Below, piece after piece: positions 50,083 to 62,400 of a DNA stretch of 64,000 nt. This DNA is from Eledone cirrhosa (lineage: Eukaryota): positions 31,062,001 through 31,126,000 of the forward strand of contig OZ024744.1 of the NCBI GenBank assembly GCA_964016885.1, written 5' to 3'. Below the pieces are notes generated by a model. The model was not told the origin of the DNA. It saw only the letters and a program-made list of their open reading frames with translations, and did no database searches. The position numbers and the translations under genes are program-made. How positions within the stretch are numbered: the stretch's first letter is position 1; each line of letters begins with the position of its first letter.

Positions 50083-50125
50083 GTCACTGAAGAGGTCACA
50101 GAATGTGTGACGAAAGAACTTTGAC
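50083..50125 (+). ncRNA. Minimal hammerhead, inverted pLTR copy
   Basis: Identical motif on the plus strand. Confidence 0.75.
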
Positions 50126-50911
50126 AATATATGAACAACCGTCCAGTTGTGGAACCAACCAACCAACCAACCGGAAATTTATAAATTCTTAAATTTATAA
50201 ATTTAATTTATAATAAATTGGAGTGAAAGGAATTGGTGCGTGTGTTTCTCATTGAAACATGTCCCTCCCAAAGTATAACAATATATATATATACTTGTGT
50301 ATAATGGTAGCTATGGTGCTTCCATAGGCGGTATGCCACAATTAGCACTCTATATTCATACAGAGTAGAGTGTGGATAATATAAAAAAACGAAAAATCAG
50401 TGATGCATCTGGACTCAGTTTATTGCGTGTTACAATTGTTTCGCCAGCAGGTAGCTCGAGACATGATCACTGCATGGATCTGGCTGATTCTATGGCTGCA
50501 GGTTCCTTCGGACACGGGTAGTTCGTTCGGAGCAAATTTTCTCACTGGGGTGTTATCGTCAAAAGAACACCTTCAAAAAACATCTTCCACTCTTGTCATG
50601 CCATTGGCTGTTGCTATTCCACGTCATCTTAAGTTCTGGTCACTATTTACTGCTATAGAGGTCATCAGCCATTTTTCGTCCGACACACTTCAATGGAGTC
50701 ATGCTGGGTTCGGTATCTCACACGTCTGTTCACACTCCAGAGTATGTACCCACACATACACACCCACACATATACACACACATGGGCAGGCACAGACACA
50801 TGCGTGTATACACAAATGTACGCATACATGCGTAGACACACATACCCCATGCACATATATATACGCACACACCCTCCTGCACACACATATATATATATAC
50901 AGAAAGAGAGC

Positions 50912-50970
<59 letters not shown>

Positions 50971-51169
50971 ATTTGTAGCCTCATATAGATACACAGTATT
51001 TATTATGTCAGGTATTTTCACCTGGCATGGCCCCGTGTCAGGCATTATGTAAAACATGTCAAATACTGTCTTACATGTTGACAGCTCACTTCAAGACACG
51101 GTGTTGTTATTACCGAACAACGTCAATAGGATTCCATTTCTCAACTTCGTTGATCATTTTATGACGGAA

Positions 51170-51171
51170 AC

Positions 51172-51204
<33 letters not shown>

Positions 51205-51224
51205 AACTACTGATGTTGCTGCAG

Positions 51225-51291
<67 letters not shown>

Positions 51292-51366
51292 TACTATTGC
51301 TGCTGCTGCAACCACTACTACTACTACTACTACTACCACTACTACTGCTGCTGCTGCTGCAACCAT

Positions 51367-51399
<33 letters not shown>

Positions 51400-51433
51400 C
51401 ACTACTACCACCACCACCACCACCACCACCACC

Positions 51434-51489
<56 letters not shown>

Positions 51490-51490
51490 C

Positions 51491-51547
<57 letters not shown>

Positions 51548-51548
51548 G
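51170..51548. repeat. (CTA)n/(CCA)n/(CTG)n trinucleotide microsatellite
   Basis: Direct reading. Confidence 0.95.
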
Positions 51549-51574
51549 CAATTAACAACAATAATGATAATAAT

Positions 51575-51753
51575 AATTGTTTCTACTTTAGGCACAAGGC
51601 CAGCAATTACCCAGTGCATTACTGGTACTTTATTTTATCGACCCCGTAAGGATGAAAGGCAGAATTAACCTCGACGGGATTTGAACTCAAACCGTAAAGG
51701 GACGTAACTATGCTGGAAAGCATGGCGCCCGACCCTCTACCGATACTGCCAAA
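51575..51753 (-). mobile_element. tRNA-derived SINE
   Basis: Same family as 27171-27355. Confidence 0.85.
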
Positions 51754-51766
51754 TCATAATAATAAT

Positions 51767-54700
51767 GATTTCTTTATTGGCCACAAGGGCTAACATGAAG
51801 AAAAACATTAGAGACGGCACAGAACGGTACAGGACGATACAAAGTGGGTTTTGGCCGTGTAAAAAAGGTTATAACAAGATAGATGTCTCAAAAATTTCAA
51901 ACAACAAAAATTCCCCTATAGGGGGGAAACTTCCGAGGGTCACTCGTGGCGAAAACCACACAAAAGACCACGGCCACCCTGACCACCAGGGCAAGCACCC
52001 TCTCTCAGTTTTCCACTCTTCAGTCTACAGGCTCATACTCAGAACAGGCCCGTTCACTCGGACCAGACTCGCCACTTTCACCCACCTTTCAACAAACTTA
52101 CTAGAAGACAGCACTTGCCTCTCCACCCTGATTTTTCTCTTCAAGTGAAACTTAATCAGGGATTCACCGAAGAGGAAAGTGTCCGTATTCAATCCTTTCA
52201 ACCTTGTCCACCAGACAATCACTTTCGCTATGGAAACCAGGCAGTTGAAAACTGCCTGCCATTTCGCCTCCTTAAAGGAGGATGGCGCGGCTATCTGCAC
52301 AATGGACTCAGTCGATAACTGGATCCGTCCACAAGTCAGCAATGCTCAGTCATTGAACTGGTGCGTGAACAACGGTTTCGTCGCTCTGTGTGCATCTCGG
52401 ACATGTCCGGCTGACGGTACTTCCGTGCCTGTACAGCTTATCTCGAACCGGCAACGCTCCCCGGTAGCACTGCCAGGCCATGGATTTCTGGAAGTTGTTC
52501 ATAGGCCCCGGGCTGAAATTTCTCTTGAAGAAAGCGAACAGCTGATCGTCATCGACACCCAGGTTCTCTCCGAGAACGTCGTCACTCTTCCATAGAACGC
52601 CGAGGTGGATGTTCCACCGATACTAGTGCCCAGCTGGTAGAAGGCTGTGAGCGCTTGGAGATATTCCAGCTTCCAAACGCTATCCCTCGGTCATTTCCTG
52701 ATCCAGGACTGCAGCTCCGTTAATGAGACGAGCTGGGGAAAAACAGGTCTGGCAAACGGTGACCACGCCTGTTCACCGTCGAGATGTCGCAGCCTCAGCG
52801 CATCTTTGCGCATCATCAGCCACGGTATGCCTAGCCCTCCACGCAACGGGTATTGACAGCAGATGGATGGTCCGACCATGGGAGCACGTACTTCCATAAA
52901 AAGCGGAAGAGGAGGCGCTCCATTTTTATCAGAGTTGGGCCGGGGCAAGGCACAACGGTTAGGCGGTAGCAGATGACGGATGCCATGAACGCATTCGCCA
53001 CCTCTGCCCGACCTTTCAGGGAAAGCTTCCTCACGGCCCATTGCTGGGTGAGAGAGGCCACCCTGTTCGTCACCTCGCTCCAGGCTTTCTCCATCTGGAG
53101 GTCCGGACCGTACCAGACCCCGAGCAATTTAACCGGTTCTTCCGTCCAGCACCCTACGACGCTGTCAGACGGAATCAACTTGCTTTTCCAGGTGCCGAGC
53201 TGCAAGCCCACCGACTTTTCCTGGTTTAACTTTGCTCGTTACTGCTTCATATTCCTTGAGAGCGGTGCCGAGCATCTGGACATGTACGGCGCTTGACACC
53301 ACCACGTTCGCGTGGGACGTCTCCCATCGCCTCCAATTTGTGCAGTAACGGTTCTAGGGCCAATACGTACAGGAGTGACGAGAGCGGACAACCCTGATGG
53401 ACCGAGCACATGATGCTGAACGGATGTGACAGATGACAGTTCACCTTCAGAATTGAACAGAAGTCGCTGTGCATCGCAGCGATCCAACCCCTGAAAATGG
53501 GCTTAAAACCAGCCGCGTCGAGGACCGCTGCCAGGTATCGATGGTCGACCCTATCAAATGCCTTAGATTGATCTAAGTTGATCAGGGCCAAACCCGTGCC
53601 AGGTTCCTTAACCACCCACTCTATGATGTATCGCATGAGGTGGAGGTTGTCATGGATGGATCTGCCCGGAATGCCGCATGTCTGCGCCTCTCCTACCAGA
53701 TTACCGACAAGTGCCAATCTCGTTGCTAACACCTTGGCGGTCAAAATCTTGAAATCTGTGTTTAACAGAGTTATGGGCCTGAAGCTGTCTATAACGTCCC
53801 CCTTGTTCGGGTCTTTTCTCAAACGTCCATCGCTTCCCGGCTCACAAAACTGGGAATGCTCCCGTTCTGCTACCAGTTGCAGTAGACGTCTGCAAAGAGG
53901 TCGCCGAACAATCTGGCATGTACGCATAAAGCTCGTAGGGCAGACCATCCAAAACTGGCAATTTACCCCTCGGACAGTCAGACATCACTTCCAGTATTTC
54001 ACCTGCTGTTATCGGCTTTTCGCAATAATGCACTGTATTCGTCGAGGGCTGCGGCAGTCCCTCGAGATATGCACTGAAGTTCATACTCTGATTCAGCACG
54101 CTGCCGCTCCCAAAGAGTTGAGTAAAGTGCTGTTGAAAAGCCGCACACATCTGCTCGGGTTCGAGTAACATGCGCCTGTTTTGATCAGACAAAGACCGAA
54201 TTGTGTACTTGTTGCCACATCGCGCCTCCACCACCCGGGCCCATTGAACCGCTTTCGTTCCCTCGTGTGTTAGAGCACGCGCTCTAGCTCTGACAACATA
54301 GCCTTCATGCTTTGCGTTGAAGAATTGGTCGAGTGCCAATCTTGCCGCAAGCACGTCGGTTGCGATGCCTGTCCTAAACGCCTCTTCTTGCTTTCTAACT
54401 ACTCTCCCTCTACTCTATTTTCCTCTATCACTACTCCTTTGCTAAATCTTATCGGTTCTACTCTAATAGCCATTTTCAGGGTAAACCACCACCTGTTTTT
54501 GACGATCGCACCCGTCAGAGCACGCTTAACTAATTGGCTAATCTGGTCTCTGTAAGCTTTGTGCGGCGCCGGGAACGACGCGTTCAGCTTTCAGTAGCCG
54601 GGCCCTTGCCTATGGAGTGTATCTAAGTCAACTTGACAGATCACAAATTTGTGGTCCGTGTAGTCGACTACTTTAAATTGTGGACAACTTACACTAGCCT

Positions 54701-57390
54701 TATCTGTTTCCCTACAGAATACCCTATCTAAATACGATCTGGATGACCCGATGCGGTTTGCACATGTCCAGTCTATACCTGTCAGACAGTTCAAAACGTC
54801 TGAGCAGGTTGATGAGGCTTTTACATCCTCCTGCCCTGTCTACTAGGCCCACATTATCCCAGCGTGCATCTAAGATACCGTTCCAGTCGCCCACTAACAC
54901 TAAAGAGCGGGACGTTCCAAGAAAAGTCTCTAGACGTCTGAAGAAATCTGGCCGTCCTGCCCCTGTTGGGGCGTAGACGGCTACTAGCCTGAAAGCATTG
55001 CCTTCGCTGCCGGTCACGTCCAGCAACACCGACTTACCTTCTGGGTCCAGGAAGATGGCCCGTATGGCGAGATCCAAGACACGGCAACCCCTCTCCCGAT
55101 CCTGGACAGCTGGGAGATGCGTATACATCGTAGCCGCCGAAGATCGCTGCGAAGTCTCGTACTTCGGAGATTCTGGTCTAACTAATGCCCACCACATCTA
55201 TGTTTAGTGATCTGAGGTCTTTGAGCAGGTGACTGTGCTTCCAAGATGACTCCAGGCCACGTACATTTATACTGCCTATTCTAAGTACGGCCATGTTGGA
55301 TGAGAAACGGGGTAAGTGAGAAAGGATCACTTACCTTGATCGTGTGGTGAAGGGACAGTAGAACCGTCCATTTGGCTGGTCATGGGTGTTTCCAAGAGGA
55401 TGTCGGTGTATATCCTTTTGGTAACCGACCCTCTGTAGTCTCCAACTGCGTTGGGGAATTTTTGTTTTAAATGTTTGTAATGTTCTATTGAGATTTCAAT
55501 GTTTATGTCTTTCGGGAGAGTTCTTGGTGTTGGTGGGGTGTAGTAGTTTTTTTCTGTGATGTCTGTGTGCTGCTTTATATGTTGTAAGAGTTCTTTATTT
55601 GCCATGTTTATGGCTGTGTACTTTTTTTTGGGGGGGGGGGGGGGGGGCATTTTGTTGCTGTTTTTATGTTGTTGCTGTTGGGTGTGTGTTTTGTTGTGTT
55701 TGCGTTGTTGGTGATTTTAGTGATGCTGGTGGTGATGTGGTTGTTGTTGGTGGTGATGCTTATGGTGATGATCGAGATGGTGGTGGTGTTGCTGCAAGGC
55801 TCCTTGCATCTTTTACCCCTCTTTGTCTGCCTTCGCTTTTGAAGGGTGAAGCTAAGTGGTTTTTCCTTTTTTGCTTTTTGTGGCAGACCGTTTGCCACTT
55901 CCCTCCCTCCTCACACTCCATGTCGGACCCCGCGACGTCCGGGAGGGGCATGAGCTCCACTGATGTTGGTGGTGGTAGTGGAGCCCGCTCCGGCGATTTT
56001 ACCGCCGGCGTAGCTACAGCGTCAGTTGGTGTTGCCGCCACTGCTGCCGCTGCTTTAGTTGTCCGTGGCCTTGGTATGGGTGCCACGGACGTTGCCTTCC
56101 TACTCACCATGAAAGGGTCTTCTGCCTCTGTTGCTTGCCTTGCTCTTGGTAGCAGCGGATCAGGCCTCGGAAGGAGGGAGACCCTCTTCTTGGCTGTCTT
56201 CTGCGATGCACTCCTGGTCAGTCTGTATTAGCATTCGCATGCTTATCCCTGACCAGTTCACTCTTCCCATTCTCTGTATTTGCAGTATGGTGGTCTTCTC
56301 CTCGATTCCAGCCAGTACAGACGCGGCCAACCAAGGTATGGGAACGTCGGCCGGGACCTGAGTCACTTTGACCCTCACAATTTTCTGCCCGCAGTAGGAG
56401 AGCACCAAGACTATCTCCTCACTCTTTAGGGTTTCCAAAGAGTGAGACTTCGCCTCTTGGGGGGTGGCGAAAAGTACGTCTACTTTGGCGTACTTTTTGC
56501 CTCGGGTGATGTGGGTTTTGCGCGCCCTGGCGCGCCCCAAGGCCTTTTGGATTTGAGACTCCGTGGCTCTCTCCACCCGATGAGATATTTTGCTTACGGT
56601 GCGGTATGTCACCGTGCGCAGCTGTGGTCTTTGAAGAAATCGGGTGGAGGTTTCAGGGAACCTCTATTGTCGTTTCTCGACACCATGGCCCATGCCACTG
56701 CCATCTCCTCCTCCGTGACTAGCACTGTCTCTATATTTTGGGCCACACCTGCGAAAGAAGTGGCCCCTGTTTTCAGCGGTACCATTATTGCTGCTGTTAC
56801 TGGTCTTGTTGTTGGTGCTGTTACAAACGGTGTTGTTGGTGTTGTTGTTGTTATCACTGTTGCAGTTGGTTGTGTTTTTGGTGCCACCGTTGTTGTTGTT
56901 TTCGGTGCAATTTGTATTGTTGCTGTTGGTGTTGTTGTTGTTTATTTATTGTTAGTGGTGTTAATATCGTTGTTGCATTTGTTGTCATTTTTTTCTGTTG
57001 TCTGTATTTTGGTTGTCGCTGTTATTGTTGTAGATGGTGTCGTAATTTTTTCAAAATTACTGTTCTCAGTGTTGTCTTTGTTCACGTTGTTTGTGGTGGT
57101 GTTTGTAACCCTCCTCTCAACGTTTACACCGTTGTCAGACGACAGCAGACATATTGATGGGGGGGGGGGGGGGATCAGCCATGTTTTTTTTTTTAAAAAC
57201 AAATTTTTTTAAAAAGTAAAATGTTCAGATATTTGGGCCAAAAGGCCCAAATATTATACTTTCCCCTTCACAGGGCAAAGTCTAAGGGCTTATATCCCTT
57301 ACACAACAAGAAATATTTAACAACAAATAATTATAACAGGCAAATAAAGCGACTTACTGGGAGCGAGCAAAAAGCGTCCGAACAGACCGA
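51767..57390 (-). mobile_element. Tx1 copy H, full-length decayed, distinct subfamily, in (ATT)n
   Basis: ORF1 remnants at about 57180-55327; ORF2 from ATG 55294 to TAG 52025 with many lesions; (TAA)n at 51757-51766 and 57391-57406. Confidence 0.88.
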
Positions 57391-57403
57391 TAATAATAAT
57401 AAT

Positions 57404-57493
57404 AATTGCTTCTACTTGTGGCACAAGGCCAGCAATCCACCAGTACATTACTGGTACTTTATTTTATCCATCCTGTAAGGATGAAAGGCAAAG
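57404..57493 (-). mobile_element. SINE 3' fragment
   Basis: Core and tail of the same SINE family. Confidence 0.75.
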
Positions 57494-57597
57494 ATAATAA
57501 TAATAATAATAATCTAAACTATAATAAAGTAAGAAGCGTGGGACTGCGTACAGTTTATCAGTTTTTATCCCCTTAGTAAAATAAGTTTGAATAAATA

Positions 57598-57783
57598 ATT
57601 GTTTCTACTTTAGGCACAAGGCCAGCAATTACCCAGTGCATTACTGGTACTTTATTTTATCGACCCCGTAAGGATGAAAGGCAAAGTCAACCTCGGCGGG
57701 ATTTGAACTCAGATTGTAAAGGGACGTAACTATGCTGGAAAGCATGGCGTCCGACCCTCTACCGATACTGCCAATCCACCGCC
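57598..57783 (-). mobile_element. tRNA-derived SINE, full length
   Basis: A box, B box GAGTTCAAATC, core, ATT tail. Confidence 0.87.
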
Positions 57784-57975
57784 CTTAAGTTTGAATAAAT
57801 AATGAATGAATATTACATAATTTATCTACTAAATTTCGTGGCTGTTCATTAAATATATTTTATTACTTATCACTTCTTTAACATTTTCAATTGTCAACAC
57901 TTCTGGTTAGTGATCGTTTAAATAAATATTCATATATTTATGTCACTAATTTTCTCCTAATGCAGTTTATATGTA

Positions 57976-59078
57976 ACTAGCAGCAGTACCCAGCGTTGCC
58001 TGGGTAGGTAAAATAATATCTGCTCTGATGAAAATGTGTTGATCTTAGCAACTGTGAGTTTCTTGAAAATCGCTCGCAAGGTGTAGCAAATGGCGAAATG
58101 TTGAGTGAAATCGTATGGAATATGTGGAAGGTGGAAAAAATCGTATTTTGAAGAGTTAAACGGCTGCACGCCGTCCCTGAACAAAAAATACAAAGTGTAA
58201 AGCTACTATAAGCTGTGCAATTATAGGTTCTATCGAAGTATAACAGTTGAACCAAATAAATTGATTTATGTGTGCGGTGGAGCCGAAGTTTCGAATTTGA
58301 ACGAAATCGGTTGAAAAATGTGGGAGCTAATGATAGGTCGCCATCCCTGAACAAAAATGCAAAGTGTAAAGCTACTATAAGATGTGCAAGGATAGGTTCT
58401 ATCGTAGTATAAAAGTTAAACCAAATAAATTGATTTATGTGTGAGGTGGAGCTGAAGTTTCAAATTTGAACGAAATCGGTTGAAAAATGTGGGAGCTAGA
58501 GTCGAAAAAGCGGAAATTTGAGCGAAAAGGTGGTATTTTCGCACATTTAAGCGGCTGCCACGCCGTTCCTGAACAAAAAATCCAAAATGTAAAGCCACTT
58601 TAAGACGTGAAATAATGATATCTAGCGTAGTGTAAAATTTGAACAAAGTAGGTTGATTAATGTGGGAGCTAGAGCCGAAAAATTTGAGTCTAAAAGTGGT
58701 ATTTTTGAATATTTAAGCGACTGCCACGCCGTCCCTGAACAACAAATGCAAAATATAAAACAATTACAGGATGTGCAATGATCAATTCTATTTTGCTTTT
58801 AAATTTGAACGAAATCGGTGGCAAAATGTGGGAGCTAGAGCCAAAAATGTTATTTTTCGATAACCCCCCAAAAAGGTGACCCCCCCCCCCTATCGATTTT
58901 TATCTGCAGCATGACCCCGGAATATAATAAACGATACGCTGATGTATGGAAAACACTCCCCGATGACTAATCTATGAGCCTGTAAAGTTTCATGAAAATC
59001 GGTCGTAAGATGTAGGCCCCTATAGGTAATACACAGACACACAGACACACACATACATAATTTCATACATATACAGAT
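57976..59078 (+). mobile_element. HINE/DINE-1-like non-autonomous Helentron-associated element with internal tandem repeats
   Basis: Start ACTAGC..cccagcgttgcctggg. Repeats of about 170-190 bp contain aatttgaacgaaatcggttgaaaaatgtgggagcta. End: aagtttcatgaaaatcgg...(cagaca)n...tacagat. Confidence 0.65.
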
Positions 59079-59456
59079 ATTCTCTTTTTTTAATGTATCA
59101 TGGATTACGTTACTAATTACATAACAGAGTGTAACGCCGACTTCGTTCAATTTCTACGATTTTTTTTTATCATATCTAGATGCATATATACTTGCGTATA
59201 ATATCAATATACACACTACACATGCTAACAGATATACAATATCGTCATTTTTTAATGTATCATGGATTACGTTACTGATTACATAAGAGAGTGTAACACA
59301 GTCTTCGTTCAATTTCTGTGTATATTGTCAATTACGATGTTATTTGATGTATCATATCTACATGTATATATACTTGCGTATAATATCAATATACACACTA
59401 CACATGCTAGCAAAAATCCACCCGACGGGTGGTTTTCTGCTAGTAATAATAATAAT

Positions 59457-62400
59457 GATTTCATTTATTAGCCACAAGGGCCGACATGTAGGGGACAATA
59501 CAAAGACAGAGACAGTGGGGGTTTACAATAAGGTCGAGTAAAAGTGCACAATGGCAAGACTAATTTAACAATGAAGATATAAAAATATAAAATAAACTAT
59601 GCATACATATAATAAAATAAATTCCCCGATAGGGGGTGGACGACCCTGGGCTGACTCGGGTACCCCACCAATCATGACCCACCCTGCCATTCTAGGGCAC
59701 CCAGGAAGAGCACCCCTCTCCTCAAGTTAGCTAGCCTATGGGCGCATTGTCAGAGTAGGACCATTTACACGAGCCATTCACCCACCTTTTAGCAAATGTA
59801 CTGGGGGGTAACACTTCTCGCTCCACCCTTACCTTCCTTTCCAAGTGAAACTTGAAGAAGTTGATGAGGGATTGGCCGAAGAGAAAAGTGTCTGTCTTCA
59901 GTCCTTTTAACCTGGTCCACCATATAACCTCTTTCGCAACTGCCACCAGACAGAGGAAAATTTTCTGCTCTTCCTCACCTAAGGAAGGCAGTGGGTCGAT
60001 CTTCACTATGGACTTGGCCGATAGCCGGATTCGTTCCACACGCGACAGTAGCTGTTCGACATAACTCCACAAGTCAGTAATGCACGGACATTGGACAAGT
60101 GCGTGCAGAACGGTTTCGTCGTTCTGTGCGCATCTTGGGCAGGTCCGTCTGACAGCACTTCCGTGCCTGTAGAGTTTATCCCGAACCGGCAGTGCCCCTC
60201 GGTAGCACTGCCAAGCGAGGGATTTCTGGAAATTGTCCATCGTCCCCGGCTCAAAAGTCCTCCGGTACAGACTGGTCAGTTCGACTAATCCTCTATAGAA
60301 CTCGAGAGTCGAAGTTCCACTGATCGCATTGCCAGCTTTGTTGCCTGGCAACATTCCAGGTGCCAGTCACCCAGTCTCGGTCTCTTCTTGACCCAGGACT
60401 GCAGCTCAGTCAAAGAAATGAGCTGCGGAAAGGCCCGTCTGATAAACGGCGATCACACCTGTTCACCGTTGAGGCAGAATATCTGGAGATGTCGCAGCCT
60501 CAACGCATGTCTGCGCATCATTAGCCACGGCATGCCCAGCCCTCCGCGTAGAGGGTGCTGGCAGCAGATGGACCGCCTCACCAACGGAACTTGTCCCCTC
60601 CACAAGAATTTGAAGAGGAGCCGTTCTAACTTGACGAGGCGCGGACGGGGGCGAGGCACGACGGTTAGGCGGTAGTAGATGACGGACGCGCGACCTTTCA
60701 GTGATAGCTTCCTCCCAGCCCATTTTTGGGTGAGACTAGCTACTCTGCTCGTTACCTCGTCCCAATTCTTTTTCACCTGGAGGTCTGGTCCGAACCAAAC
60801 CCCGAGCAGCTTTACCGGTCCGTCCGTCCAGCGCCCCACGACGCTGTTGGACAGCGTGGGCTTGCCTCTCCAGCTACAAGCCCACCGACTTTTCCGGGTT
60901 AAGTTTGGCTCCTGTCAACCTTTCATATTCCTCCAATAAGGTGCTGACCACCTCGATTTCTGAGGTGTTTGACACCATCATGGTGATGTCGTCTGCATAA
61001 GCCGATACTGCTTTTCACGTCCCGGTTCGAGCGGGATGCCCTGCAACAGCTCCAACTTCCGCAGTAAAGGCTCGAGAGTCAATACGTACAGAAGGGAAGA
61101 GAGAGGGCACCCTTGACAGACCGATCGGGAGAGCCGAAATGGTTCCGAAAGGTGGCCATTAACCTTGACCACCGAGCGTGTGCCGCTATGCATTGCAGCG
61201 ATCCAGCTTCTGAAGACAGGGCCGAAGCCAGCTGCTTTGAGGACAAATTCCAGATACCGATAGTCGACTCTATCGAATGCTTTCGATTGATCTAAATTGA
61301 TCAGAGCCCCACCGAAGCCAGGTTTACACTTACCCTCTCTATGATGTATCGCATGAGGTGGAGTTTGTCGTGTATGGACCTGGCTGGGATTGCGCAAGTT
61401 TGCGCCTCCCCAACCAAATCCTCGACGACAAGCGCCAATCTCTTTGCTAAAACCTTGGCCAAAATCTTAAACTCTGTGTTGAGCAGAGTTATGGGCCTGA
61501 AGTTCTCTAATGTATCCCTTTTGTTCTCGTCTTTCCTCATCAGCGTCACCACTCTCCTGCTCACAGACCTGGGAATACTCCCATTCTGCTGCCAGTTGCA
61601 GTAGAGTGATTCGAGGAGATCGGAGAACAAGTCTGGCATATTTACGTAAAGCTCGTAGGACAGGCCATCCAAACCGGGTGACTTGTGCATCATGCAGCCG
61701 AAAAGGGCGTCCTGAATTTCGGCTGAACTAATCGGCCTTTCGCAGCGCTCAGCGTCGACCGTCGAGATCCGCAGCAAGCCGTCAAGGTAGGGACTGAAAT
61801 CCGCTACTCTGACTCGCCAATCTCCCTGAACAACCGAGCAAAGTGCTGGCGAAAGGCCTCACACATCCGCCTGGAATCGCTTATCTCATGTCCGTCTCGG
61901 TTCGCCAAAGACCGAATTGTGGTTTTATTACCACGCTGCGCCTCCTCCACGCGGGCCCATCGAACAGCTTTGGTTCCCTCGTTTCTCCACGCACGCGCCT
62001 TAGCTTTGACAATGCAACCTTCGTGTTTCGCATTGAAGAAATGGTCTAATGCCATTCTCGCCGCTAGCACGTCAGTTGTAACGCCACTACAAATAGCCTC
62101 GTCTAACTTATCTACCAGCTCCCCCTCCTTTCTATTTTTCTCTAACGCTAGTTCTTTGCTGAACTCTATCGAAGTTACTCTAATCTCTCTTTTGAGAGCC
62201 CCCACCATCTGTTGTTGATGATCCCCCCTGTCAACTTTTGCTTAACTAAATTGTTGACTCCGTCCCTGTATCCTTACGTGCCGGAAATGACATGTTCAGC
62301 TTCCAGTAACCCGGTCCTAACCTACGCGTTTTATCTAGGTCGGCCGTACAGATCACACATTTGTGATCTGAATAGGCGAACGTTTTAAAAAGTGGGCAGC

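Larger units (their letters stand above)
48041..50283 (-). mobile_element. Second Penelope-like element, 5'-truncated, with 3' pLTR (48041-48450) and inverted 5' pLTR (49882-50283), in (TA)n
   Basis: Inverted repeats of about 400 bp. RT: YAQEEGGAIGVSIAGDIANLFM..YSRYVDD. GIY-YIG: NVVYSIRC...YIGETARSVGERINEH...RQITEAI. Confidence 0.9.

Noticed and set aside
58160-58850. CRISPR-like array
   Set aside because: Long degenerate tandem units with no unique spacers, in a eukaryotic context; internal repeats of a HINE-like element.
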